Source: Lama guanicoe
Taxonomy: Eukaryota
Length of the DNA: 64,000 nucleotides
Reading direction: 5' to 3'
Assembly (NCBI GenBank): GCA_013239625.1
Contig: MU053881.1
Location: 1,302,001 to 1,366,000 of the forward strand
A model generated the notes under the pieces. It made no database searches. It had not been told where the DNA came from and saw only the letters and a program-made list of their open reading frames with translations. Positions 25,136 through 36,999 of the stretch are shown in pieces (the stretch's first letter is position 1; each line of letters starts with the position of its first letter). Position numbers and translations under genes: made by a program.

Positions 25136-26532
25136 AGAAGATAGCCATGTTTTTCTGTCTTGAATTGTCAGGTTGCTTTTAAAGGATGTGTGTGGATTAG
25201 CACAACCTTGGGGATCACAGTCCTGTGGGTACTGTGCATTTCAAGGGGATTGGGGTGTCCTCATTGACTCAGGGTACCATGAGACTTCAGAACTTCATGG
25301 CGGGGGGCAGGTGGAAATCTTCTAGTAGAGGTAGAATGTTCTAGGTTTCACTGCGTCCTGGAGGATCCTAGAGTCCTATCTTTAAAGGGTTGGAATGTCC
25401 TCGGGGAGTCAGAATATACTTCCTAGAGCTAAGTAACAATCAGAAGCAGGGGATGTGGGTGTCAGGGCGTCCTGACTGCTCAGGGATTCTAAGTGTTCCC
25501 TTGAGGAATCAGACCGTCAGCATGTCATGGGAATCTCAGTGTCCTGCAGAGTCCTGAGGTCCAGGGGATCAGGATGCACCTGGAAACCAGATGCTCTTGA
25601 GGGTCAGGGTTTTCTGAAGGTCTGGGTGACCTTGGAAGGTCATGGAGTCCTGGGGGTTTCAGGGTGACATTTGGGGAAGGAAAGCAGGAAGAACTTGAGA
25701 ACTGTGGTTCCAGGCAACTCATCCGATGGTTCAGGTTGTCCTGGGGGGGTGTCCAGTGTATTCTGAGAATCAGGGTATCAAGAAGGGGCCAGAACACACT
25801 TGTGTCTTAGTTTTTTAGTTTCCTGGAAGCAGGTCTTTGGGAATCACCCACATGCTGAGATTCCAGGCAGGCCCTGCTCTGGCCCCCATTTGCTCCTCCT
25901 CACCCCCTCCTCCCATGGTGGGGTTCTGAGGAGGGGTCTCAGAAGGAATGCATTTTCTCCCCCTTCCCCTGCCTGCTCCCAGGAGGGGATTTAACAGGAC
26001 AAAAGAGTTTGGTCCTCTGGGAATACGAGCTCTTGGCCCCAGTCCCTGGACCCTCCAGCAGAGCACCTCCCCGCATCCGGCTTGTGGTCCTCCCCTTGGA
26101 AGGGGGCTCTGGTGACCAGGCAATGATTGGATGGGCCCACGGGGGCCAGGAGGAGGTCACTGCTCCAGGGGAGAGAGGTGGTGTGGGATTGCAAGCTGGG
26201 GAAGTAGGCAGCTAAGAGCAAAGGGGGAGAAGGGCATCCCAGAGAGAAGGGGCAGGGAGAGGAACGTAGAGACAAAGCCAGAGAAACGGGGTGAGGGCGA
26301 GACAGACGGACTGAGATGATACTCAAGAGGAGGAATGGGGAATTAGGAAAAAATTAGAAAAAAGGAGCAGGAGAAAAAGATAAAACTATCTACACAGAGA
26401 GACGGACTCGGAGACAGGTATAAACAGAGGGAGAAGGAGCAAGGTAGGCACAGAGGGGAGAGAAACAGAAAGACGGGTCCAGAGTCAGGGACTCAGGGAC
26501 GCGGGACCGGCTGTCTGTGGTCTCTGTCAGCC

Positions 26533-26641
26533 ATGGAAGCGGAAGGGAGGAGTGAGCCGGGGAAGCAAAAGAAGGGGCGAGTCTGCAGCAGCCTCTGGCC
26601 CGAGAGCTGCCCGGCGGCTGGGGCTCTGGCCTCCTCGGTGG
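26533..26641 (+). CDS. PROP1: PROP paired-like homeobox 1, coding exon 1 (109 nt)
   Basis: gccATGG start; [36 protein letters not shown]; donor g|gtgagt. The three exons sum to 109+233+339=681 nt (226 aa). Confidence 0.93.
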
Positions 26642-27134
26642 GTGAGTGCATCTCCGGGGCGGTGGTTCTGAGGAGGCAGCAGGCACGGGGGCGCCACGCC
26701 CGGGCTCTTGCGGGGCCACGGTTCACCAAGAGGGAGGTGAAGAGGAGAACTGAAAAACCAGAACCCTAGAATGTTAAAAAATAAGGGAACTGTAGAAAGC
26801 ATGGGGCCGTACAAGTCCGTTGCTTTACAGAGTCGGGGACCAAGGCCCTGGCATTGATGAGACGGTTGGCAGCCCACGCCACCGCGGTGGGACAGGGGTG
26901 AAGCTGAAACCTGGCTCCTCACTCCTGACCTCCTTCTCCGAGGAAGGGAGCTGGAGGGGCCGGGGCTTTGGATCCGAGGAGAGCAGGGGGCCGAGGTGGA
27001 CAGTGAGCACTGTGTGGGGACCACACCCCTGGGTCCCCATGGGGATGGGTGCCTCACTCCAGACATCTTTTCTCAGTGCGTGCCTTCCAGGTGTTTCCTT
27101 TCGCCCCGTTCTCTCTTCCCAGGCCAGCTCTCAG

Positions 27135-27192
27135 ACTAATTAGTGTGGGGGCTTAGTGAGCCTGTAGGGAGGAGAGACAAGCCTTTCCCACG
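27135..27192. promoter_or_regulatory. PROP1 intron-1 regulatory element: homeodomain palindrome plus RBPJ site
   Basis: ACTAATTAGT at 27135-27144; TTCCCACG at 27185-27192 (CGTGGGAA, the RBPJ/CSL consensus, on the minus strand). Confidence 0.65.
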
Positions 27193-27805
27193 AGCTCAGG
27201 TTCCTACAGCCTGGTGGCCGGGCCAGGGCAGGGCTAGGGGAGAAGATGAAATGTATGTGGGGAGGGTGGGTCTGAGCAGAAGAGGGAGGACCGTTTCATC
27301 TTCCCAGGTGGAAGGTATAGGACGATGTGGTTGAAGGTGAGCTGTGAGAGCAGGGAGCAAGTCATGGGGGTCTAGAGAGCCGGGCAGTTGATCACGGTGT
27401 CAGAGCAGATGGGAGATGCACAGGGTGAGACCCAGGAAGGTGGTGTGCGTGCTCAGAGAGGCAGAAGGCTGTGGAGCGGGCGCCTTACCTGGGAGTGTAA
27501 TGGGAAGTGGGCACACAGCGGGGAAGTGAGGCAGAGGGACCATGAGCACGCAGGACCAGTGAGTCTGAGGGGTGGACTTCCTGTAGATCGCATAGCCTGG
27601 GTCAGGGGCTCAGGGGACTCAGAGGGGACATGGGGCCAAGGCTGGGCTAGGTGCAGCTAGTCATGAGAGCTGAAGGGGGTCTGGTCGGGGCAGCGTGTAT
27701 GAGCAGCACACGGGGCCCTAGAAGAATCTGGGGGTCCCAGCACGTGTGGCCCAGGATGGCTGGGTGGGCCATTCGGCAGCAACCCCTCCCTTGCCTCCTC
27801 TTCAG

Positions 27806-28038
27806 AGATGAGCGCTCGGCCCTACAGGAACCTGTCGGGTGCAGGAGCGGGGAGACCAAGGCCTTCCCCGCCAGGAGGACAGAGGGCTCGGCCCCACTCC
27901 CGGCGCCGCCACCGCACCACCTTCAGTCCAGCGCAGCTGGAACAGCTGGAGTCGGCCTTTGGGAGGAACCAGTACCCTGACATTTGGGCCCGGGAAGGCC
28001 TCGCCCGGGACACAGGCCTCAGCGAGGCCAGAATCCAG
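27806..28038 (+). CDS. PROP1: PROP1 exon 2 (233 nt), N-terminal part of the paired-like homeodomain
   Basis: Acceptor ctcttcag; [46 protein letters not shown]; donor cag|gtgaag. Confidence 0.97.
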
Positions 28039-28765
28039 GTGAAGCCCCAGGATCCCCTCTTCCTCTGGAAGAAATGAGGTTCGGGGCCCAAGAGCTGCTG
28101 GGGCCTACCTCCTCAGGGGCGTTCTAACCCTGAACGAAGTCCCCCAGGACAGAGCCCCACCCAGCAGGCGGTATCGCCTCATTGGCAGTGGGATGTCACT
28201 TGAGTTCCACCCTAGCGCTGACTTGAATTTCAATGTCTACCCCCAATCTTAGCAGTGATGTGAACGCCAACAGAAGTTCAATCCTAACTGTTCACATACA
28301 CGTGTAACCTGGTCCCTAACCTCAGTCCACCTGATGCACCCTCAGTCCTAACCACAGAGTTAATGAATCTTAAGTATAGACCCTAAAGTACGTCCAGCCC
28401 AGCCTGTAACAATTAAACTCATCTGTAGTCTCAATCCCGAATACCTCTAGAGTAGACTCCCCGTCCTCTGGGGAGGGAAGATGCCCTTGTGGCATAGTTA
28501 CCACTTTCTTGTTGGAAGCTGACATTTCTCCCTCCCCTGACATTGCAGCAGGGCAAATTTAGACACAGTGTTGGGGGCCGGAGGGGGTCTCGCTTTGGCA
28601 CTAGGCCTGGCGCAGTCATGCCTTCTGCAAGAGCTTTACTTCCTCTGGGCTGTGGGAGAGGCTTCTGCCCTCTGGCGTCTTCGGTCACTGGCGGGAGAGG
28701 TCACGTGTGACAGTGCCACCCACTTGAGAGAGCGGTTCTGATGTGGCTGTCCCCCCCCCCACCAG

Positions 28766-29104
28766 GTCTGGTTCCAGAACCGCAGAGCTAAGCAGAGGAA
28801 GCAAGAGCGGTCACTGCTCCAGCCACTGGCCCGTCTGTCTCCTGCTGCCTTCTCCGGTTTCTTGCCCGAGCCCCCCGCTTGCCCTTACCCCTACCCAACG
28901 CCGCCTCCACCGGTGGCCTGCTTCCCTCACCCCTACAACCATGCCCTTCCCGCTCAACCCCCTACAGGGGGGTCCTTTGCTCGCGCCCACCAGTCTGAAG
29001 ACTGGTTCCCTGCCTTGCACGCAACCCCTGCTGGTCATTTGCCCTGCCCCCCACCCCCACCCATGCTTTCCCTCAGCCTTGAGCCACCAAAGTCCTGGAA
29101 CTAA
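28766..29104 (+). CDS. PROP1: PROP1 exon 3 (339 nt), homeodomain helix 3 and proline-rich activation domain
   Basis: Acceptor ccaccag; [21 protein letters not shown]...SEDWFP...[10 protein letters not shown], stop TAA. Confidence 0.97.
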   Translation, partial: VWFQNRRAKQRKQERSLLQPLARLSPAAFSGFLPEPPACPYPYPTPPPPVACFPHPYNHALPAQPPTGGSFARAHQSEDWFPALHATPAGHLPCPPPPPMLSLSLEPPKSWN

Positions 29105-29719
29105 GGGTAAACAAGTGCTGATGAGGTAATTTCCCAGCCTCTAGCCTCGCAAAACACAGAGGAAACTGGGTGGCTTCCTTTCTTTCTGGGGGCGAAGTAG
29201 AAAGACGGTGAAGGGGCAGCTCAGAGATTGGGAATGTTTAAATGGGAGCTCAGGATGAAAGCTCACTGAGGTGATTCATTGAGTGAAATTAGGGAGGTGA
29301 AACTCCTTGGAAGATACAGGTTAAAGGCCCCCAGTGGAGGTGGCCGGTGGAAGGGTGGGAATGACGAAGGCAGTAGTTGCTGCTGGTAAACGGAAATGGC
29401 TGGAGGGGACAGAACTTTGGGGGCTTCACTCGTGGAGATCACGATGAAAGGTCTTCATCCCCTGGGATTTAAAGTCTACCTACCCATCCATTCCCCATCA
29501 CCCCCACTCGAACCAGCCATTAACTTTTCTCCCTTCTCTCCTTGAAAGAGCTCTTGAATTTCGTCCTCTCCTTTCCATCCCAGCAGACACTTTGCTTTTT
29601 CTGGCCCCATATTTCCTAGTTAATCCTCCTCCTTGGTTTCTTTAGCTCCAGTCCTTTTGACGACCAACAGACCTTGCAAATCTGATCATCATGGAAGGCT
29701 CTCCAAATGTCTCATAAAC

Positions 29720-29725
29720 AATAAA
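29720..29725 (+). terminator. Candidate PROP1 polyadenylation signal
   Basis: First AATAAA I found downstream of the stop codon (overlapping tandem aataaataaa). Confidence 0.45.
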
Positions 29726-29783
29726 TAAATAATATCTGATTTGCTTGGCCTATAAGAGTCTTCAGCATTGCCGTCAACCTAAC

Positions 29784-30375
29784 TTGTAAGTCAACTGTGT
29801 GCTTTAACACCCGTGATTTTGTAATCAAGCAAGAGCTCACGTGCCCGTGGCGCAGAAAGCCACACTCTGACAGCGGACTTCTGCAGTAAAGTGTTTATGG
29901 CGGGGCACCAAGCAGGGGAGTTGGGGACAAGTCTCAGATCCACTCCCAACTTGGTCTTCGAGTTGGGGGTGTTTTTGAAGAGGAAGAGCAAAGAAGCTGG
30001 GATTAATCATCCTTTTGTGACATTTCTGAATCGTAGTTTCTGAAGTCAGGATGTCTCTGGTTTATGATTTCTGGCCAAGTGGTCCATGGCTGGGGGAATC
30101 TGTGAGCTCATCTTGCCCTGGGGAAATAACCTGAGTTTGCACATTAACGATGATATCTGTAATAGCAATGCTAGTACAGCAACGATGTTGTCAGCAACAG
30201 CAGTGTCAGTCATTAAGCATGTTTAAGACAATAGCGGTTTTAGCCACCTGACTCTGCTGAGTGTTCCGTGAGCACAGGATTGAGGTCAGAGGGGGTGAGC
30301 AAGGGAATAAACTTTTGAAAGGAGAGATTAATCATGCACTCGGTAAGGGAACTCGGTTTTAAGGAGGTTTCTGAT
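29784..30375. mobile_element. Probable ERV solo LTR
   Basis: Starts tgtaag, has LTR-like composition and differs from its flanks; family not assigned. Confidence 0.5.
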
Positions 30376-32515
30376 AGAGAAAAACAATTTGACTAAAGGC
30401 AAACCGTGAGTCCTGAGACTCTGAAGAGCTCATTCCCAGGAAAGCACTTGCTATGAGTGCCTTAGTCTGCGCTCTCCCGACAGGAACCTGGTGTGGCGTA
30501 GTTGGGGGAGCCATTTCTACATCCTGTTGCTTATAATGTACTTGTTTTACTTGTGATTTACTTACTTTTATGTAGGCCTACCTCACTTATTAGCAGGTCC
30601 ATAGAAAAATTCTGAGTAAACAAGCCTCTAGGGATTTTATGTGCAGTTTTTAAAATACACATTATTTTAAAAAATCTAGACTCAAACTCTCTGTAATACA
30701 CAACTGCCCTTGCATGTAATTATCTCCTTGGGCCAGACTGCCTTTCGGAAGGACAGTGCTGGTTTGCATCCCCCCTCAGACGTGTCAGTGTCAGTTTCAG
30801 CACATCCTTACTGACCTTGATTGGTTTTGACAGTCTGTTAACTGAGAGTGATGCCTCCTTGGTTATTTTTTCAGGTTTCATTCAATTGATTGCTAGCGAA
30901 AGTTAAAACAGTTTCCTGTTTCTTGGCAGTTTACGTGTTTCTTTCTTTTCGGCGTTGCTTCTCTGAGTCAGCTGTGTGTTTGTGTTATCGATCTGCCCAT
31001 CTTTTGTTAGTGCTGCAGAGCTCTGTGTGTATTAGGGATCTGAACGCTGCTCACATGTCGTAACTATTTTGTCACCATATGGTTATTTGTTTTTTAGCCT
31101 TTCTAAACAAGGGTTTCCTGAGAGGATTAAGCCCTAATGCTGTAGGAGCCTACTGTGTGTAACGAATTAACTTCTGTTTTCAGCATCTAGAATGGCACCA
31201 GAATTGAGAAAGCAGTCAGTCAGCTTACTTCCTGTGTTCTGCGGTTCAGATGAGGAACCCCAGGTGAGAAATCACCCCTTGTTTTTACTGGCTCCACCTA
31301 TGCTTTCTTCATCATTTGGATCAAAATATTATGCCTTGAATCATCTGGAATTTATTCTACTTTGTGCAGTAAATTAGTCATCTAATTTCCCCTCAGCCAG
31401 CTAGCTAGTTTCTCCAATATAATTTATTTAATAGTTTAGCACTGATTTGTAAAAAGTTTTTTTCACACATTAAGTTCTCATGTGGGATAGTTGTAAACTC
31501 CTAATTCTTTTCCACCAGTTAGCTTCTCTATACGGATACCAGTAGCCTAGTGTCCTAATTACCAAACAGTAAGGATTACAGGTATCTTTAAAATGTTACA
31601 TTTTCTTATCTAAATATGAGGTGTTCCCTGTCATTTTTTCCAGACTTCTCTTATGTCTCTCAGGAAAGTTCTTGCATTTTTTAAATAACACAGATCTTAA
31701 TAGGAGTCTTATAAACTGCAAAAGTTATATATGCTCTTTGTAACAAGTCAACTCAAAAGATTTTATGTACATATAAGACATATATATGAATATATGTATA
31801 TATTAGCCTGGATTAATCACAAAAAAAATCATGTTGAGCAAAAATTTTTTTCAGAAAAATACCTTCAATATATCTTACCATTTATATAAAGTTTTAAATA
31901 TGCAAAATAACTTAAAAGTGACAAAAATTTTAGATGTCTATTTTTGCATATTAAATATTAGAATGCATATATATGTGTGTGTGCGTGCATAGGTATATAT
32001 ATGTATATAAAGTAAAATTTGAGAACATGCAGTTTCAGGAAGAAGAAAGCACAGTGTGATCCAGGAGCTACACAAAGGGGCATTTAACTCTTCTGGGGTA
32101 CATCTGTGTTTGTCACATTAGTTAGTCCTAAGACTTTTTTGAATATCTGAAATATTTCATAATAATTGTTCAAGTGAAAGGTCTTGTCCATCAATCCCCA
32201 TTCAGCTCAACATGAGGTAATGTTAATAGTGTGTATCTGTCCACAACTTAGTACGCTCATAGGAAGATATACAGACATACACAGACATATATTTTTCCTT
32301 TCTAAAAATAAAAGTGGGATCCTACCATTTGTTATCAAAACACACACACATACATATATATAGATATGCGTAGATAACTTTCAAGTGGCTCATGTAGATT
32401 TATTGCTTTTATTCTGTTAACAGGCAATTTCATGAGCCACTTAACCATTCCCCTATCATTCAAGTGTCAAGAGTTGGTTTGATATTTTGGTTTGTTTTAC
32501 CACCACAAATACCAG

Positions 32516-32837
32516 TATTAGCGGATAGAGGGACCCCCAAATTGGAAAACCCACCAAACAAGTGGGCGCCCCCCACAACCTAAACATGTTGCCCACCGGC
32601 TGAGAAAGAATTCTCAGTAGAGGCTTAGGGACAAAGTGGAAAAAAAGAAAGCTATTTTATTGCTCAGAAAGAGAGAAATAAAGGAGCCAGCAGCCATGAA
32701 GCCAGTCAAGACAGCTCCAGCGCCCTATCGGGCCACAGGGTCTTTTATTGGAAGGCTCTACAATCATTATCTTAATTCCAGTGGGGCCAATCATCTTCTA
32801 CTATTGGCTCTTTCCTCCTGTGGCACTAACCCCTAAC
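32516..32837 (-). mobile_element. Probable ERV solo LTR
   Basis: Termini tattag...ctaaca (near-inverted) and a minus-strand AATAAA (ttttatt near 32655). Confidence 0.5.
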
Positions 32838-33627
32838 AGAGACCTCAGTGGCGAGGAGAAAAGAGAACAAAGAAAGACACACTGGGCTATGCCCTTGGGA
32901 TGGATGCAGCAGTTGTGGAACATAAAATGTACTGTTGTAATGCTATGTCCTTGGAACCAAGGATCCAGCTGCCGAGTGAGAGAAATAACCTGCTTTTTTT
33001 TTTTTTTTTTGACAGCCTGGCATTTTCTTTCCCTTGTTGTTAATCAGCCAGGGTCAGTAAGCCTGCCTAGCCACCTCTTTCACCACTGCAGTTGTTTCAT
33101 TAAAGGATAATTCTCAAAAAAAAAGTAAAATCATGACACTCATAGATATGTAAGTTTTATTTAACTCATTATTAATAAGGCAACGATAATGATGTCAAAG
33201 CCAGTGCAAAGGACAAAGAACAGACATATTTATAGATGAGGACTACAGAAACGAATGGAGGCAAAGTTGACTTCTTTCCTGGTAGAGGAGGGAAGTCAAC
33301 TGACCTTCCAGGGGACAGGATTTATTTATATGTCTATAGACAAGAATTATTTTGCATTCCTATCAGTTATCCACAATTTACAGAGTTGTAAATTAGCTCA
33401 AAGACAAAGAAAGCCTCAGTGCCCACAAAGAATCAAAATCAAATCACCTGGAAAGGTGAGCCCTAAACAGCACACAGCTTTCCACTGAGTCACATTGTCC
33501 TCCTACAGGTTCCTCTGATACAAGTGCTTTTTACTTCTGTAGGACAGACGTCCCAAGGTGGGATTGCTGTGTTAAAGGGTTATGTGCATTTAAAATTGTA
33601 AGAGACACCGCTTGATCAGTTTACTAG

Positions 33628-35000
33628 GGAGTTCGAGATCTGCAGATACTAACTACTACACATAAAATAGATAAACAAGTTTCCTCTGTACAGCACAGGG
33701 AACTATATTCAATATTTTACAGTAACCTATAATGAAAAAGAATATGAAAACAAATATATGTATGTACATGTATGACTGAAACATTACACTCTACACCAGA
33801 AATTGACACATTGTAACTGACTATACTTCAATTAAAAAAAAAGTCTGCTCTAGGGAAGATACTGCCAACGTAATGCGAAGACAAGACAAAGACTGGGAGA
33901 AACTCTGCAAAAGAATATATCTGATAAAGGATTTATCAGATATTTTTATTGGGTACTATCTGATAAATTATTTTATAAATTATTTATCAGATATTACCCA
34001 AAATATACAAAGAACACTTAAAACTCAACAGTAAGAAAGTAACTAACTGGATTAAAAAATGGACCAAAGACCTAATAGACACCTCACTAAAGACGATGGC
34101 AAATAGGCACATGAAAAGATCATTGTATGTCCCACAGCATATGTCACTAGGAAAATGCAAATTAGAACAATGAGATATCTCCACGTACCTATTAGAATGG
34201 CCAAAATCCAGAACACTGACAACACCAAGTGTTGTCAAGGATGTGGAGCAACATACATTGCTGAAGGGAATGCAAAACGCTACAGCCACTTTGGAAGATG
34301 ATTTAGCAGTTTCTTACAAAACTAAACATACCCTTACCATATGACCCAGCAGTCACGCTCAAAAGAGTTGAAAACTATGTTCACACAAAAACCTGCACAT
34401 GGAAGTTTATAGCAGCTTTATTCATAACTGCCAAAACTTGGAAGCAAGCTAGATGTCCTTCAGTAGGTGAACTGATAAACTGTGGCACATCCAGAAAATG
34501 GAATATTATTCAGCATTAGAAAGAAATGAGTTATTACACCATGAAAAGACATGGAGAAACCTTAAGTGCATATTACATAGTGAAAGAAGTCAATCTGAAA
34601 AGGCTGCATACTGTATGATTCTAACTATATGACATTCTAGAAAAGGCAAAAGTATAGAGACAGTAAAAATATCAGTGGTTTCCAGGGGTTAGGGGTGAGG
34701 GAGGGATGAATAGGCAGAGCACAGAGGATTTAGGCAAACTACCCTGTAATGGTAGACACGTGTCATTCATTATACATTTGTTCAAACCTACAGAATGCAC
34801 AACACCAAGAGTGAACCTTACAGTAAACTACGGACTTCAGGTAATTGTGACATGTCAGCTGTAACAGATGCACCGCTGTGGTAGAGATGTTGATAACAGG
34901 GGAGGCTACGATGTGCTGGGGTAGAGAATATACCAGAAATCGCTGTACCTTCCTCTCAAGTTCGTTGTGAACCTACAACTCCTCTTTATACCTTTTTTGT
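33628..35000 (+). mobile_element. Young L1 3' end (33628-33842) joined to an older L1MC-like ORF2 end and 3'UTR
   Basis: gagatctgcagatactaactac...cttcaattaaaaaaa, then cctattagaatggccaaaatcc...tgactatatgacattctagaaaaggcaaa-like 3' sequence. Confidence 0.85.
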
Positions 35001-36116
35001 CTTTTTAAAACAAAACAAAACATAAAACTAGTCGCCTCTCCCAATCTTTGCACACTAGTTCTGTGCTAGAGCAGTCCTTTACTAATTAACTGGCTTGCTC
35101 TCAGCCTAGGGATCAGATGGATGAGAAGGTAAGCTTTTCTGAACTCTTTTCTGGACATGCATCTCGGTTGGATCTTATGTTGCTTTTTCAGCTGCTTTCA
35201 AATATCTTGATTTCCCAAAGTCTCAACACAGCCTCCCCTCAGGGCTGTAAATGGTCTACCCGATGTTTCTACCTTTAATGCCTTGCCCAGGGTGTCTGTG
35301 GGACGGCAGTCTACCCACAGCTTTCGTGAGCAGTGCCTGCTACTTTTCCCTACCTGAGTGCCAAGTTAGACAAACTTGAGTCCAGTACTTCTGGCAGCCC
35401 TCAGACAAGGCAAAACTTTACAAATAAATGCTTCTGTGTTTCCTCTTGATTGGAGCAAGGGAATGGGAACTCAGCTTTGCTCCAGACCAAGACCTTGCCG
35501 CACTGAGGAAGGGACAGGTCAAGGGCAAATAAAAATGCCACAAATTTGCCCACGATTTCAAATGCACTTTTTTTTTCTTGAGTCAGTGTTCGTTTGGTTG
35601 CTGTAGATCTTTTACTGGTTTCCAGAGCTTTCATATGGTTATTTTAGCCAGTTTCTGGTTGTTTTTCACGCATCTAAGACAGATCGAGGGCTTGGAGCTT
35701 CCTGCTAGGCCATTTTGCTGACTTCTTCTACCATAACCATTTGATACTGACATTGTACTAGAAATCATAGCCCACTCAAGATGGTGCTTAAAAGATAGAA
35801 AACATAAAAGAAGCAAAAGTTTTGCAAAAGAACCGAAACTGTCATTCACATGTTACATGATATTACACAGAAAATCCAAAGCACCTAACAAATTCATTAT
35901 TGGAATTTATAAGAGACTTTTGGTAGTAAGCTATATACAAACCCAGTACTTTATAAGTGAAATTTTAGAAGAGATACCATTTACAATAGCTTCAAAAATA
36001 TGAAACAGCCACAAATAAAACTCATGAAAATGTGTAATACTGCTATGGATAAAATATATGGAAAGTTATCAGACCTAAAAAAAAAGGAGAGCTATACCAT
36101 GGTAATGGATGGTTAA

Positions 36117-36471
36117 TGTTAGAATCGGAGAAAAACGACCAGACACAGCTCAACGTCAGAATCAGGTTTATTGCAAAAAAACCCTGCAGAGCGGGTCTCC
36201 AGTTGAACTGTAGCCCGAGCTCTGCGTACAGGTTTGTTTATTTATGCCTGGGAGTAGGAACTGATTGGTGGGTCCTTATGCAAATGAGGGATGCTGAAAG
36301 TGAAAGGGGTGTATTGAATGGATGCTCCCTCCAGCGGCTCTCGCTCTCACTCAAGTCCGGGGAGGGTTTTACAGGCGGAGGGGGATTTTTACTAAAGGCG
36401 GACGTTGTGGCTTGCATTCAGCTCAGCTTTTCCTGAGATGGCGGCTGATCAAAATGAAGTTGGTTTTGCCA
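36117..36471 (-). mobile_element. Complete ERV solo LTR (355 bp) with 5-bp TSD
   Basis: TG...CA termini flanked by GTTAA at 36112-36116 and 36472-36476; minus-strand poly-A signal near 36167 and CCAAT at 36264-36268; octamer ATGCAAAT at 36278-36285. Confidence 0.85.
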
Positions 36472-36999
36472 GTTAAAATCAAAATTGTTACGATATCAAC
36501 TTTCCCCAAGTTGATTTACAGATTCAACGAATCTAGTCAAATTCTAAGCATTTTTATTTACAAGTTGTCATGACAATGGTTTGTTATGCCTGTGAGTTAT
36601 TCTAGCAAACACAGTTGAACAGAACTTATGTAAGGACACTTAATGACATTACCTTATCAGGGTTTAGTTATCTGCTGTGTTAACAAAGAGTGGAACTCCA
36701 TGCGGCAGCCTACCCGGGCGCCTACCGCAGATACCTCCCACACACTCTTTTCACTTCTTCCCATAACGCTTGTTTTCTAAACTGCTATATAATTATGTTC
36801 ATGGCTTTTTGTCTGCTCTCCACCTCCTACCCTCCCTCTAGTACAAAAAAAGTTTCCCAGAGCAATGATCTCTGTTCTGTTCGCTGACGAATTTCAATAG
36901 GTAGGGGCTTGGCACACAGCAAGTGCTCAACACACTTCTGTTGAAAGACTGAAGGGGAAACAGGTGTGTTCTCGGCGATTGTCTACTTGCTTACTGTCA

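Larger units (their letters stand above)
21100..25800 (+). repeat. Highly decayed tandem array, 17-19 bp unit, approximate consensus GTCAGGGTGTCCTGGRRG, interrupted by transposable elements
   Basis: Unit starts at 24375, 24394, 24412, 24430, 24449 and at 25569, 25587, 25604, 25621, 25640, 25659; a clean copy gtcagggtgtcttggagg at 21779. Confidence 0.7.

Noticed and set aside
21100..25800. CRISPR-like array
   Set aside because: Mammalian DNA; units are degenerate and contiguous, with no conserved repeat-unique spacer structure and no cas genes.
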